A stretch of DNA of 64,000 bases from Octopus vulgaris (taxonomy: Eukaryota), in NCBI GenBank assembly GCA_951406725.2, contig OX597814.1:98022001-98086000 (forward strand). The letters are read 5' to 3'. The notes beneath the pieces were generated by a model. That model was not told the origin of the DNA. It made no database searches and saw nothing but the letters and a program-made list of their open reading frames with translations. Shown here in pieces: positions 1 through 13,390 of the stretch. The position numbers and the translations under genes were made by a program. Numbering within the stretch: position 1 is the stretch's first letter; each line of letters starts with the position of its first letter.

Positions 1-40
1 TCGCATTTACTATGTTAGATAAAGCATATATGTTTCTATA

Positions 41-66
41 CATACATACATGCATGCATGCATACA

Positions 67-98
<32 letters not shown>

Positions 99-118
99 CA
101 TACATACATACATACATA
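41..118. repeat. (ACAT)n microsatellite
   Basis: Direct reading. Confidence 0.95.
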
Positions 119-176
119 AACACACAATCGACGATTACACAGTTATGACAGTTTGCTAAAGTACATAAGTTCTTAC

Positions 177-346
177 TGCAAGTGTTGGAGTGACAGCACT
201 CGTTCCTTTGCCGCCTAATCCATGGTAACGTAAATCCAGTTTGTTATCTTCCATGTGACGCAAGAAGTAGCTAATGGGTGTCGCACCAAGTCTCTTACAG
301 CGAGTAATATAGGCCGAACGTCCTGAATGGTCATATGGTGGTTTAA
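177..346 (-). CDS. LRRC74: Exon of LRRC74A/B-like leucine-rich-repeat protein (third coding exon seen; gene continues left of window)
   Basis: Acceptor ccattatag|TT, donor GCA|gtaaga; 170 nt, phase 1 to 0. Translates (I)KPPYDHSGRSAYITRCKRLGATPISYFLRHMEDNKLDLRYHGLGGKGTSAVTPTLA, resembling the LRRC74 pre-LRR motif (Y..AC...GVVPVSYFIRNM....NLNHHGLGP.GT.A.A.AL) as recalled. Confidence 0.85.
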
Positions 347-360
347 CTATAATGGTCCAA

Positions 361-396
<36 letters not shown>

Positions 397-599
397 GTTG
401 TGGTTATTTACGTATTAAGGGAATTTAAATCAATAAAATAATCACTACCAACATACAGTTTCTGAACTAAACTATATCAAGAATGTCTTTTAACATGTGC
501 TAATTAATAATTGAAATGCTATCCTGGCCGCAAAATGTTCGTGAAAATTATTTTATAACTGAATTCTTGTACATTAAAAATAGTCAAGCAATCAGTATA

Positions 600-1860
600 A
601 CTGGGGTTTTTTCTATTAGTTAAGTCTGGAGTAAATGAGAATGCCCAAGTTTTTTTCCAGGTTCTTCGAGGCAACTGAGATCGATGCCGGTTGAACCATT
701 GCAAGTGGTCGGCTGCGGGAGACAACACGAGTGAAATAATAAGAGACGAGTGAAATAGGAGTGCTTGAATGAGAGTGGCATGCAACTAACTACCTCTGAG
801 AAGTGGCCACTGCAGAGGCGGTAGAAAAGACTAAGAGAGGACGCAGCACGTTTGTTAACCATATAGTGAAGAGTGTTTGTAAACGACTTCATGTCAGCCG
901 GTCAAGTGGCCTTTCTTTTGATGGAGTCTTGGGTGTCTGTGTGTAGTAGCTGTACTGTCCTAGATAGAGCAGTGCTCTATTGTAGGTTTTATAAAGAGTT
1001 CATACTTGATGGGTGAAGGTTTGGAAATTTTCTGGCTGTGATTAGAATAACCAGTCTTTGAAACATAGTCTTTACTATGCCGGAGGTGTATGCTCGCCAT
1101 AAAATATCCTCAGTGATGGCGAGGATCTCTCATTTAAAACGACAGTGTAAGATTAGTCACGTACTCATCACGATTCGAGGCAGATATTTGATATGTATTT
1201 GATATGTATTCTCAGTGTACGCTGTGATTGTATCTTTCTTTCCTTGTTAAAGGAGACAAGATTTGTTATGATCCCACTGGAGGAGGTTTTCTTGGAGACT
1301 GTAAATTTGCCACGCGTGGATGACATTTGGGTGCAGAAGGTTAGGGAGGAATGAAGGGATGTATCATCTGCGTAGGAGTGGTTGTTGTTGGAGATGATGG
1401 CGAGTAGGTCATTTATGTATAGGTGGAAGTGTGTGGGTGATAAAACCGAGCCTTGGGTACACTGAAATTCATCACCATTTTGCGATCTCTGGAAGCCACC
1501 AATCAAAGAGACGAAAGACGGATGGAGCTCAAAGGCAGGTAGCGGTGTGTATTTGATACTGTCTAAAGTTTCGTTGGTGTCGGAGCAAAAATATTTTCCA
1601 TAACATTTCTCTTGAGCAAGGGCTCAGTGGTGAGTGACATATAAATGTAGGCCTCCAGTAGATTTGACTAAATGAAAGCCATATTGCTTGTCATCAAAGA
1701 TGGAGTGAGGTGTTGATAACAGACTCATTCGGGAGCGACGGTTTGCAGTTTCTGGATTTAAAGTAGATGAAGCAGAAGAAGGTAAGAGTTGTAGAGTTTG
1801 TTTCTTGATCAAACATTGGTGAGCAGGTTGCACTCATTTATTTCGAGTCTTTTGTTAATC
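600..1860 (-). mobile_element. Degraded CR1/L2-group LINE ORF2 3' part (RT)
   Basis: Fragments DKQYGF, QGSVLSPTHFHLYINDL, SYADDTSL and C-terminal KRAASSLSLFYR; many stops and frameshifts. Confidence 0.8.
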
Positions 1861-2102
1861 ATACGATTTTATGTAGGTAGACATACTTGATGGCCTGACC
1901 CAAGGAGGTTAGAAACATTGAAACAAAGATTCTACTGAGTAGTATCTTAATAGATAATTATATTTCAGACACTAAGCAATATAAGCGAAGGTTCATCAGG
2001 TTACTTCACTCTTGTTTAGTCCTAGATCAACTCTGATCGAAACCTATGGCCAAAAATATTCCACCTGTGACCACCCAGTTTGTTTTTGAAATAAGACTAC
2101 AT

Positions 2103-2523
2103 AGGCGCGGGAGTGGCTGTGTGGTAAGTAGCTTGTTTACCAACCACATGGTTCCGGGTTCAGTCTCACTGCGTGGCACCTTGGGCAAGTGACTTCTACT
2201 ATAGCCTCGGGCCGACCAAAGCCTTGTGAGTGGATTTGGTAGACGGAAACTGAAAGAAGCCCGTCGTATATATGTATATATATATATGCGTGTGTGGGTT
2301 TGTGTGTCTGTGCTTGTCCCCCTAGCAGTGCTTGACAACCGATGCTGGTGTGTTTATGTCCCCGTTACTTAGCGGTTCGGCAAAAGAGACTGACAGAATA
2401 AGTACTGGGCTTACAAAAGAATAAGTCCCGGGGACGAGTTGCTCGATTAAAGGCGGTGCTCCAGCATGGCCGCAGTCAAATGACTGAAACAAGTAAAAGA
2501 GTAAAAGAGAAAAGAGTAAAGAG
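2103..2523 (+). mobile_element. SINE family A (tRNA-derived head, CORE-like ccttgggcaagt block, internal TA/TG microsatellite, CR1-like tail)
   Basis: A box tggctgtgtggt, B box ggttcagtc; near-identical to 49149-49562; ends ccagcatggccgcagtcaaatgactgaaac(aagtaaaaga)n. Confidence 0.9.
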
Positions 2524-3464
2524 TATTATATTATGTGTTCTTTCCTTATATAAGTCGGGTTCACATTTGACAGATACAGTTTCTCTCTGAGACGTAACAT
2601 AATTAGCAACTGCTCTTTACAATCAATGAAGCGATGTGTGTAAAGGCAATCTATTGTGCTTATATTTGCCACTGTAATCATGCTACCATAATTAATGCAT
2701 TTTTACGATTGACGTTAAGTGTAGTGGATGATAGAAACGATAGAGCGACGGATTAATTGCTTTGCGCGATTTAGTTACGTTCTGAGTTCAAATCCCACCG
2801 ATATAGATTTAATCAGAAGACCTTCGAAGGTCTATAAAATAAGTACCAGCTAAGTAACGGAGCCGACTACATCAATGAAATTACTTTTGGCCCCATGTCA
2901 AAATAGAAAAAAAACAAAACAAAACATTATTGAATTATCTGGATAGGGATTTCTAGCATTGGCCAAAAGTCATTCAGTTGGACACAGTCGATTATATTGA
3001 ATCCGAATTTAACTGGTTTAATTTAATTTCATCGACACCAGGAAGATGGAAGTCTAAATCATTCTCGGCTGAATTTGAACTCGGAATATAAAGAGCCGCA
3101 ACGTAATACCACAAAACATTTTGTAAGTCACTTTACCAAATTTGCCAATTCAATACAGGTACAACACTGATTTTCCGGGACCTTTGCTTCGAAGGCCTTT
3201 CCAGATTACTGATTTTTCCACACCAGGGTTGGTCACCTTGGTCAGCACACTCGCATTTAAAAATATTAAATTTACTTAAATAATTAAATGAAATACAGGT
3301 ATCTGTATATTAATGTAAATTAGAGCGGATTTTAAGAGATCCCTGACATTTAGTCTCTAGAAGGTCGTGCTTGCATTAACATATGTTACGCCCATTTACT
3401 ATATATTAATTATTATTGATCCTATGCAATATATTGATTTTATATTTGATTTCAAATTTTGGCA

Positions 3465-3657
3465 CAAGGCCAACAATTTCGGGGAAGGGAGAAAGTCGAT
3501 TAGATCGACCTCAGTGCTCAATTGGTACTTATTTTATGGACTCCAACAGGATGAAAGGCAAAGTCGACCTCGGCGGAATTTGAACTCAGAAGGTGGACGA
3601 AATGCCGCAAAGCATTTCACCCGGCGTGATAACGTTTCTGCTAGCTTGCAGCCTTAG
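3465..3657 (-). mobile_element. SINE family B (older tail type)
   Basis: Contains reverse complement of gagttcaaattccgccgaggtcgactttgcctttcatcc and aagtacca; tail ccttgtgccaaaatttgaa. Confidence 0.85.
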
Positions 3658-3738
3658 GCTGTATATTAATTATCATTGTTACTGATCTCATTTTCTTGTT
3701 CCTGCAATAAGCAACATGAAGAGAAATGAACAGAAATA

Positions 3739-4632
3739 TATTTGGCCATCTCATAAATAATGTTTTTTTTTAATACTTTTATTTTTCAAAATTAAGATAG
3801 ACAAAGTTCTATTTTTAATATAAAATATACTCTCCATTTTTTACAATGCTCTTCCATCAATCTAGTAGACTTGCAAGACCCCTCCTAAAAATCACCTTGT
3901 CCGTGACAAAAAATACTCCTCCAGTACTTTTCTGACCTCGTCTACAGAATTCATATTTTTCCGTCCAAATGATTTTGAAGACTGTGGAATAAATGATAAT
4001 CAGATGGAGCAATGTCCGGCGAATATGATGGGTGGGGCATCGTTGCCCATTCAAACTTCTCCAGCCTTTGGAATGTCATCCTCGCTGTATGTGGCCGAGC
4101 ATTATCCTGATGGAAGAACACCTTTCATCGTTTTTCTTCTAGCGCTAACTTGAAAGACTGGTTGAATGGCCAAATCCAAGCTTTTCTGCTAGTTTCTCCA
4201 TAGGATTTTGTTCAATCAGGGTTTGCAGGACGTCCTCGTCGAGCTCTACAGATCTTCTAGGACGAAGATCGTCTTCTAGGCCGTAGTTTCAGGCTCGGAA
4301 TTTCTGGAACCACCGTTGACACTAACTTACGCTTATTGTCCGATTCCCATATACTGCATTAATATTCCTTGCGCTTTCCGTTGCATTGTTGCCTTTATTG
4401 AACTCATAAAGCAAAATATATCAAATATGTTCCTTTATAACTTCTATTATAGCTTTGGAAAAATAACTGTTAAAATCGAACTGCACTCTTCAAAACTTGC
4501 ACTAAGAATAAAGACAAGGTAAAATGACTACCTGCATTTATAGCAAGCTGATGCAGGTAGTTTATCTTGACCCCCTCCGACTTTTAGTTCATGTAAATGA
4601 AAAAACCTCATTATTTATGGGATGACCCAATA
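3739..4632 (-). mobile_element. Internally deleted mariner (DD34D-type) transposon
   Basis: HQDNARPH ... PHPSYSPDIAPSDYHLF and N-terminal RWFQKFR..LEDD.RP remnants; imperfect TIRs related to tattgggtcatcccataaataatg at both ends. Confidence 0.88.
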
Positions 4633-5029
4633 TATTAATTCCCGTCTGGATGGTTGGTATGAAAATTAATTAGTGGAACTTGTGCATGAATACAATGTTG
4701 TAAGTGGACCTATATAATTGTTCTATTACTGAAATTCTTTAAAGAACGCAATTAAATTTGATTGATAAGATACTGAATTAATTTAAAGCTGTATGTTTGC
4801 TGATATATGGAAGACTGCAAAATGGCAAAATCGTGCGTGTCGGATATAATGAGATGCCTTGAGGTATTCGTTTTGATCCTCTATTCTTTGAGGTCAAATT
4901 CCGCCAAGGTCAACACGTTGGGAACTATAAATATAATACAGTTCAGTACTAGGGGCGATTCGTCTCTTTCTCTTTGGATTGTATTTGCAATTCAAGTGTC
5001 CAGCCTCGTCATATGTTATCATGTTGATT

Positions 5030-5412
5030 CGACCTGAGAATTTTGGTAAGGGTACACATGTCTATGGAATATTCAGCCGCTTACATGTTAAATTCATGTT
5101 ATTTAACATCATCCTTCAGTGTGGTTGAACAACCAATCCCAAATAATCGGGATTCACAGAACAGGTTGTACTATTCATCCTTTTAATCACTGAATACAAA
5201 ACGTGTCCCATGAGACCTCTCTTCGGGTGAATTACTCGAGTCACTATCTCGAGTGACGCCAGTCCGCCAAAAGGTTTCACATTTACAGCTAAGTATATAT
5301 AGCAACGTGAAATGAAGTTGTTCAAGAAAACAACGCACAACTGGTCTGGGAATCGAAACCATGATCTCGCGATCGTGTGTGCAACACCCTAACCATTAGG
5401 CCAAGCGCCTCC
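5030..5412 (-). mobile_element. SINE family C (tRNA head, gtgttcttgagcaag-type core)
   Basis: Head ggaggcgcttggcctaatggttaggg...ggtttcgattccc shared with 19858, 37595, 42635 and 46886 copies. Confidence 0.75.
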
Positions 5413-5783
5413 ACACATTATTGGATGGCTGTTGACTCTCATGAGTTCTTCCGTCCTTTAACAGTTTTTGTTTTTTGTCTCGCAAGATGTTTATTTAATG
5501 ATCCACCTCACCAAGCAACATGTACTGGGTTACATGTTACCAGTAGCGCTCGGGAACTATCTAACAATTGAATGCTCATCATCGAAACCAGTGGAGGGCT
5601 ATTATGACCCTGGAAAACGTTTGATATATAGTTCGAAGGATAATTTCTTTCAGTTCATTAGCATTTTATTATTTATTTTGTAATCCTTAAAATGACTTTT
5701 TGATAAAACCAGATTGTTTTAGAGACTTCAAGTTCTAAGAATTACAGTTTTTAAATAACAAATAAAAATGCAAAAAATCTTAC

Positions 5784-5979
5784 TTTCAGAGTTTAAGTCA
5801 GTATCCCACAATGCATCATCAAAAATATCCAAACCAAGAACATCGCTCTCCGATGTTAATTCTTTCACGTGATCAGAACCACTTTCACTTTCTGATTCCC
5901 CGGGTTTCTTTGAAGACATGCTTTGTTCCGAAGTTAAATTTGCTAATCGTGTCTTTCTCACACCAATTCTACTTAGGGG
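5784..5979 (-). CDS. LRRC74: Exon of LRRC74-like gene (acidic region ending WDTDLNSE)
   Basis: Strong polypyrimidine acceptor ttttttttcttcag|CCC, donor AAA|gtaaga; 196 nt, phase 0 to 1, in frame with the 346-177 exon; DTDL motif resembles the ETDLE segment upstream of the LRRC74 repeats. Confidence 0.8.
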
Positions 5980-6289
5980 CTGAAGAAAAAAAAACAAAAA
6001 CCGCAAACAATAAGTTATAGATCTATGACATACATAAATAAACAACAAAACATTGAGAACGTCTGTCATGTTTATAAAAAATATGGAAGATATCGGTTCG
6101 AGTCCTACGGATAGACTTCTGCCTTTTCTATGCAATGGGTTTTTAAACTGATACTTACACACTATAATCTATAGTTTTTCCTACATCGAATTCAACCGTT
6201 AAAAAGTAAACAAAAGAAAAACCGAATTATTTCACGTTCTCTAGAAGTATCTAAATTCTTATGACGTCAATATGTAAATTTAGATTAAG

Positions 6290-6480
6290 GTAGCACGCCG
6301 AACAAAATGCTAAGTGGCTTTCGTCTGTCTTTACGTTCTGTGTTCAAATTCTGCCGAGGTCGACTTTGCCTTTCATCCTTCCGTGGTCGATAAAATAAGT
6401 ACCAGTTGATCACTGGCATTTATGTAATCGACTTAACCCTTTCCCTGAAATCACTGGTCTTGTGCCAAAATTTTCAACCA
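6290..6480 (+). mobile_element. SINE family B (older tail type)
   Basis: gttcaaattctgccgaggtcgactttgcctttcatcc core. Confidence 0.85.
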
Positions 6481-8526
6481 ATAGTTAATTTTGTAATAGT
6501 AATCGTTAATTAACCCCCAGACATTAAAACAATTAAACTGCAATTTTCTACAAATCATTAGAGAGTATGAATATGCATATAGAAATATATCTGGACTAAA
6601 TATCGAATTCTGTTCCTGTCAGGGTTGTCTCAGTTTTCTTTTCCTTCGGACTACATAAAAGATATGTTAAGTAACTCAATTATTCTCCGATTCCTTTCAA
6701 GATAGCCATGAAAAATAAAGAGATAACGAGGGACACAGATAGTTATTTATAAACCTCAATTAAGTAATTGATTGAAAGATAAGTCGGTTTCTAATAACAA
6801 TATATTAATATTGATTTCTAACATAGACGTAAGACCAAACCATTTTGGTGGATTGTCGATTATATAAAATCGCAGGAATTGATAGATCCTTATTATATCA
6901 GCTTTTGGAAGATGAAAAGCAAAGATGACAGCAGTTAGAATTGAAATCAGGATGTAAAGACCCTTAGCAAAACACCACAAATCTTTTTCCCCAAATCAAA
7001 CCGTTTCTCCCATATATAGTATATTGAATTTTTGTAATATAGAACTTATCTAGAGAGAAGTGTTGTCGATTATACAGACTCCAGTACTTGTATGATAGTT
7101 ATTTTATTAACTCCGGAAGGATGAAAGGCAAAATTGATCTGGGCAACATTTTAATTCTGTGCGCTTAACATCAGCAGATTTGGAAGTAAGAGATGAAATT
7201 AATTTATAATAGAAAGATAAGTTGGGAGGTTTGTATAATTTGATTAAAATAATCTTTTCGATTGCAGGACTTATACTTAACTCTGGTTTTTATAGAATTA
7301 AATGAATGACGGATAACTCAGGATACCAGGATTCGGAGACAAGTAGGATCAAATTTACATCACTCAAAGACGCGGGAGTTTCTCTTCTACAGTCTCCACC
7401 ATCTGAAGTATCAAAGTTATTGAAGGATCACTCTATTCATTTAAGTAGGAGATTTGTTTTTACATAGAAAATGTTGATAGTGACCTCGTAGTTTCGTCGG
7501 TCTTGAGTTTGTCAGACCCTCTGAAGGAGCCTCAATCTGCGAAACATTGAGGTCGCTATCATCATTTCCTCCATACGTATGTATGTATGATATATATGGG
7601 GTTGTATATATATGTTATCTTAACAATATATGGTAACACTTAAAAGTAAAAAAACCTATCAAGAATCACTCCTTCGATAACCCTAAAAAAAATCACAAAA
7701 AATATACTGACACCATTATTTTCTTTACTTATTAATGTTTTGTTGGTTTCCTGTAACATATCTTTGACTTTATGCCCTACTGAACACGTTATTTTCACAA
7801 AAGACAGTATAGATTATACTGTTTTATTAGCAAAAACTTGCTAAACTTTATTGCTATTTTAGGAAAACCAAGATATTTATCGAATATTGTACATTTCAAG
7901 TGAAAAAATAAACTAAAAAACAAAAACAAAGCCAAATAACATTATTGCTCTAGTTCATTATAACTATTCTATTTTAAGAAAATTCTGAAATTTGCTTGCT
8001 TTGTTTTGTTATATTGTTCATATAATTTTGTTTGTAACGTAGATGATACAACGAAAAAGATAACTTTGTTAAAACACTCACGAGAAATTTGCTTACCTTG
8101 TTACAAGTTCTCCTTGTAGTCAAAACTATTATTTGCAATCTACTATGTTACCAAATGCAATTATATTGTAATGTTTCCAGAGAGATAATACGAAATAAAA
8201 TTCTCCGGAAAAACTGAATCCTGATGTAAGGAGGTTTTAATATTTCATATCGCTCGTCGAGCTTGAATATGCGTCATCAATACGCTTTGTCTGAAATGCG
8301 TATAGCGGTAGGAAGTAGCTCAATTTTCCCCCACGAAACAATAACAATAATGTAGTTATTTATACACGAGCAATTGGCTTGTTGGTTAGATGTGTTTCGA
8401 AGAAGGAAAAATAAATCTATCAATATGTTTCAATGAGAATGTTGGCTGAAGCATAATTTATTGGCCATATTTGACAATTACGACCCGATTAAGCAGAAAG
8501 ACGGTAGGTTGTTGCTACAACTCTAG

Positions 8527-8574
8527 ATGATGATGATGGTGAAGATGATGATGATGGTGAAGATGATGATGATG

Positions 8575-8632
<58 letters not shown>

Positions 8633-8657
8633 TAATAATAATAAGAATAATAATAGT
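8527..8657. repeat. (GAT)n/(AAT)n compound microsatellite
   Basis: Direct reading. Confidence 0.95.
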
Positions 8658-9259
8658 AGGATAGTTGTAACCTTATATAAGTAAGAAAGAATAACAACAT
8701 ATATCGATCAGTTCCAGCTCACGAATCAATAACGTTAATAAGACATTTATAGCCTACACGACATTATCCATTCTAAAAGCCTGTTGACATTTAAGAGGGA
8801 GGATGAAAAATCAATTAAAACCACACATGCACAGTTGATTGTCGGTGTACATTAGGTCGTGATTTTGTTTATATTTCTACTTAATAATGTTTATCTTAAG
8901 TGGCTTGTATTTTCATTTGGCAGTTGTTTAAAATCATAACTTTTATAGATTGCTGTCATTAGGCATCATACAATCACAGTTAAAAATATATTTCCGATAT
9001 GCATGTACACGCACGACCTCTCATACATGAAATCCCGGAGAAAGACACACTTGAAACGTTAAACACGCTAAAATTTCAAAATCATTGTATTTCATGAATG
9101 TTGCTTTATAATATCTGTCAGGAGAGAGAGGCAGTATTTCTGCAATGTGCCACCTATAGAGAAAATAGAGAGAAGACTGATTTGTCGGATCAGCAAGCTG
9201 TTTCATTGCACCCCACCAAGATGGCTACACTGCAAATCATGTTTATATATATATATATA

Positions 9260-9460
9260 CGCCATGATAGATCGTTAGCCACTACACACATTTTTTTCTC
9301 TCCTTGTTTCTCTCCTTGTTTTTTTCTGTGTCCCTTTCTGAAGAAGAGCGTAGGCTCGAAACGTAAAGAACTTTTTCGATTCTTGAGCGTTATACTAATA
9401 CATCTGTTTGTTTTGTACACCACCTGTCTTCGTCTTTTGTTCTTTTCGTAAACTCTCCCT
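9260..9460 (+). mobile_element. Solo terminal segment (pLTR-like) of the Penelope family at 43879-46627, between (TA)n runs
   Basis: Aligns by eye to the reverse complement of 43880-44085, including the hammerhead motif. Confidence 0.82.
9334..9369 (+). ncRNA. Minimal type I hammerhead ribozyme (PLE type)
   Basis: cttt CTGAAGA a GAGC gtag GCTC GAAA CG TA aaga; palindromic ACGT stem III, weak stem I. Confidence 0.72.
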
Positions 9461-9495
9461 ATATATATATATATATATATATATATCAAACATTG

Positions 9496-9559
<64 letters not shown>

Positions 9560-10013
9560 GAAATATTGCTATTTCAAATGAGACAGCGTAACAGTTCACC
9601 TTTGCTTAGAACACCTTGTAAATCTATGTATGTCTTTCAATCAAGTATTAAACATCATTTGTTCTCCAATTTTTGTTTGGTATGTTATTTTGCGACATTA
9701 ACAGAGTATATATTCAAGGATCAGAATAAAAGTGGTCATTCGGTTGAAATAAAAATTTTTATTGTTACATCATACATAATCTGTATATGCGTTTCACTAG
9801 CGTCTACAAGTATATATGCGGTAATCATGACATAGACGGTTTTACAACCACTCTATACACCAGATCATCAGAAAAACATAGGAATGTACTCCGTTGTTAG
9901 TTACTAAGTCAGTAGATACCAAAAGTGAACTTCGAGCACATTCATTAGAATGTTCTACATATAACAGCAAAAAAAAAGAAAGAACATTCTCTCTTATTTT
10001 ATAAGTGAAAGAG

Positions 10014-10017
<4 letters not shown>

Positions 10018-10092
<75 letters not shown>
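10018..10092. repeat. (AG)n microsatellite
   Basis: Direct reading. Confidence 0.95.
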
Positions 10093-10096
<4 letters not shown>

Positions 10097-10580
10097 ATTG
10101 GTTCTGAATGCAGTCAGGATGTCTGCTTCGAGAGGAAAAATTTGTCTCATAAAGTTACTAAGTTACAGTAAGTATCAAATTGTTACTAATACGTCTCTAA
10201 AAATTCATTTATTGAAATGTATACACAGTAGTTGGCACATTCGTTAAAATAATGCATGCTACAGGCAAAATAAAACAGAGTGATTAAACTATGTCTTACG
10301 TGTTTTGAAATATAATTAAAACCATTTAAATACATTTTATAGAAAGCAAAACAGTATTTGCTTATAATGATCTCGATAGAGATTTGATATCTTTCACATA
10401 GTTATCCGTGGAGACCGGCAATTGACGATAAACAGCATTACGATTGGCGGATATTTTCAAGCAGTAAAAGATTAAAATATAGCTGATACATGAAATAATA
10501 TGTACTCTTAACATGATATTAATCATAGGCTATGTCAGAGGTTGTTATATTTAAAAAGATATTAATATGACAACTAGATA

Positions 10581-11195
10581 AGGTGGCGAGCTGGCAGAAT
10601 CGTTAGCACATCGGGCGAAATGCTTAGCAGTATTTCGTCTGCGTTACGTTGTGAGTTCAAATTCCGCCGAGGTCGACTTTGCCTTTCATCCTTTCGGGGT
10701 CGATAAATTAAGTACCAGTTACGCACTGGGGTCGATGTAATCGACTTAATACCTATGTCTGTCCTTGTTTGTTCCCTCTGTGTTTAGCCCCTTGTGGGTA
10801 ATAAAGAAATAGGTATTTCGTCTGCCGCTACGTTCTGAATTCAAATTCCGCCGAGGTCGACTTTGCCTTTCATCCTTTCGGGGTCGATTAAATAAGTACC
10901 AGTTACGCACTGGGGTCGATATAATCGACTTAATCCCTTTGTCTGTCCTTGTTTGTTCCCTCTGTGTTTAGCCTCTTGTGGGTAGTAAAGATATAAGAAT
11001 CGTTAGCACGCCAAGCTAAATGCTTTGCGGTATTTCGCTCGTTTTTATGTTCTGGGCTCAAATCCCGCCGAAGACGACTTTGCCTTTCGTCCTGTCCGGG
11101 ATCGAGAAGATAAGTACCAATTGAGCACAGGAGTCGATGTAATCGACTTAACCTCTCCTCCGAAATGGCTGGTCTTGTTCTAAAATTTGAAACCG
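10581..11195 (+). mobile_element. SINE family B head-to-tail array (2 young units plus 1 older unit)
   Basis: Units start at 10581, ~10812 (ggtatttcgtc) and ~10997 (agaatcgttagc). Confidence 0.9.
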
Positions 11196-12236
11196 ATATA
11201 ATAACTAGATAAAACATTTAGTACAATTACTAAATAATTAGTTACTATGGTCACAAGTAAGCATTGCCAGTAGTTGGCAAAATCAATGTTGACAGTCAGC
11301 TGTAGATATGAACGAAGCATCTCTACTACTGAAAAGTTCTTCAAGTAGTCGTCACCGAATACGTTTCACCAAATCTCGTCAGGAATCCATGTTTGTCATT
11401 AGCTTTGGTGGGTTATCAATTTCATGTTGCGTGTCTCTACCAATTAATGCAATTGAGTAGTTTTCTCCTTTGGTTAGGGAGTAGAAGTCTCCAAAATATA
11501 GCATCTGATATTGTTTGGTGTTCAGCACGATAGCAGTGGCCTGAGCGAACTCTATCCTGCGATGAGCCACAATAAGAAAGATGGGTTGAATGTGTTCGTT
11601 AAATTCATCATTAGTTTTGTGCTCACACCATAATATGAATTCATTGAAACGCTAACATGTACTTAATTACATAAACCCAAACAAAACAGGAAAACATTAA
11701 CTGATAACACAAAAACGTGGAAACTGATAGTGATCTATATTGGCCAAAATTATGCAGTGATAAAACAACCGAAAGAACCAGCTGGCTTTCGATAACCTCA
11801 ATCGGTCTAGCATTCAAATAAACAACAAAGGGAAGCCTTTTTTTAAAAAGGAAGAAATAACATTAAACCTACGACTATAACGATTGACCTATGAGACATT
11901 TAGAGAGTGAATACAAGTACTGATCAAGTGCTTAAACAGAGGCTATAAGCGTTGATTAATTGTAGTTTAGTTTGTGAATGCGAGTTGAGTCGCTACGTCA
12001 GTGAAAACAATATATACTGAATGAGCAAACAACGCCTTAAGTTAAAGAGTAACTAATAAATGAATATATCTTGTAGGAACAAAGGAATGAGAATAGTTTA
12101 TCCTCTGTGGGTTTAAAAAAGGGTTCAGTTCCAAAATCTGAGTAAATTACCGAATTTGACTTGTACCTGAAGAAAGCCGGCTGTGGGGTACAACATCCAA
12201 AACATGTGAACATAACAATCGAACGAGTCCCTTGTC

Positions 12237-12319
<83 letters not shown>

Positions 12320-12436
12320 ATAATACTATATTTGTTCTACGTCCTCGCATTGTTGTGTTTTTTTGTGCTTTCTTGTTTGGATTAACTATATATATACATA
12401 TATATATATATTATACATTTGTACGCATGCATGCAG

Positions 12437-13070
12437 TAGGTTGAAAAGTTCATAAGATTACTATCAAAGAGTGACGCTAGTGCTGTGAGATCTTGCAAGC
12501 ATTAATTTCAACCCTTCTTATAAGAATTGCATTGTTTTGTTCCAGGTAAACTGTCATCTGACTATTCAAAAGAAAGTCCCAGAAGTGACTAGTAGCGACT
12601 TCTCTTGAAAGTGGACAAAATTTGGCATCGTGGTGTTCTCAGGTACCTGCAGAAAAAAGGATTAGCCCCCAAAGACTTTCATGCTGACATGGCGGCTACA
12701 GTAGAGGATGATGCTCTAACTTTATCAACAGTACAAGAGTGGGCAGATGAATTTAGGAGGAGAAGTGAGGGTCTTGAAGATGACCCAACGTCTGGATGTA
12801 CTGCAACGGTCACCACCGAAGAAAATATTGTGTTCACCACATGGTGATGAATGACAGGCAACTGACAATAAACCAAATAGCCAATGCTATTAGCATATCT
12901 CGTGAAAGAGTAGAGAATATTCTGCGCAATGCACTTGGTATGACGAAGGTTTCTGCTCAGTAGCTGCCACGTCTTCTAACATCTGATCAAATGTACATCA
13001 GGCTGATCATATCACGGGAAAATCTGATATTGTTTGAGGCATAGCTAGCTAGTTTCGTTGAACGTTTCTT
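12437..13070 (+). mobile_element. Mariner transposase 5' fragment
   Basis: HTH region STVQEWADEFRR..LEDDPTSG, then LGMTKVSAQ*LPRLL (WVPHEL-type motif); truncated. Confidence 0.85.
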
Positions 13071-13390
13071 CGACTCGAATTACGAAACGAAGGACAGTTT
13101 TGTTCAGAGAGTACACAAAATTCAAAATGACCTGTCCACCACGTTGACCTTTTAAATTTGTAATTGTTTCCAGATTTATATACGGATTATCATGCTTTAA
13201 ACATCGGAGATTACGAACAAGAAAAAAAAATCTTGAAAATTTTAACCTTCGTTTCTTTTTCTTCCTTCAGTTTCTTTCCTGGAACTGACAATAATTTCTA
13301 CAATCTTTGAAAATTTGTCTATGCCTTCATGGATAAATGCACACACAATTATACACATAGGGGTAAATGCACACACAATTATACACATAG

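Noticed and set aside
7269-7445. Possible plus-strand exon (MTDNSGYQDSETSRIKF...)
   Set aside because: No recognisable homology or partner exons; weak donor.
11355-11392. Minus-strand CTGACGA gatttggt GAAA CG TA as a hammerhead
   Set aside because: Neither stem I nor stem II pairs convincingly.
12160-12240. CTGAAGA...ccAAAAcatgtg before (TA)n as a hammerhead
   Set aside because: Probably a decayed PLE-type tail, but GAAA and stems are lost.
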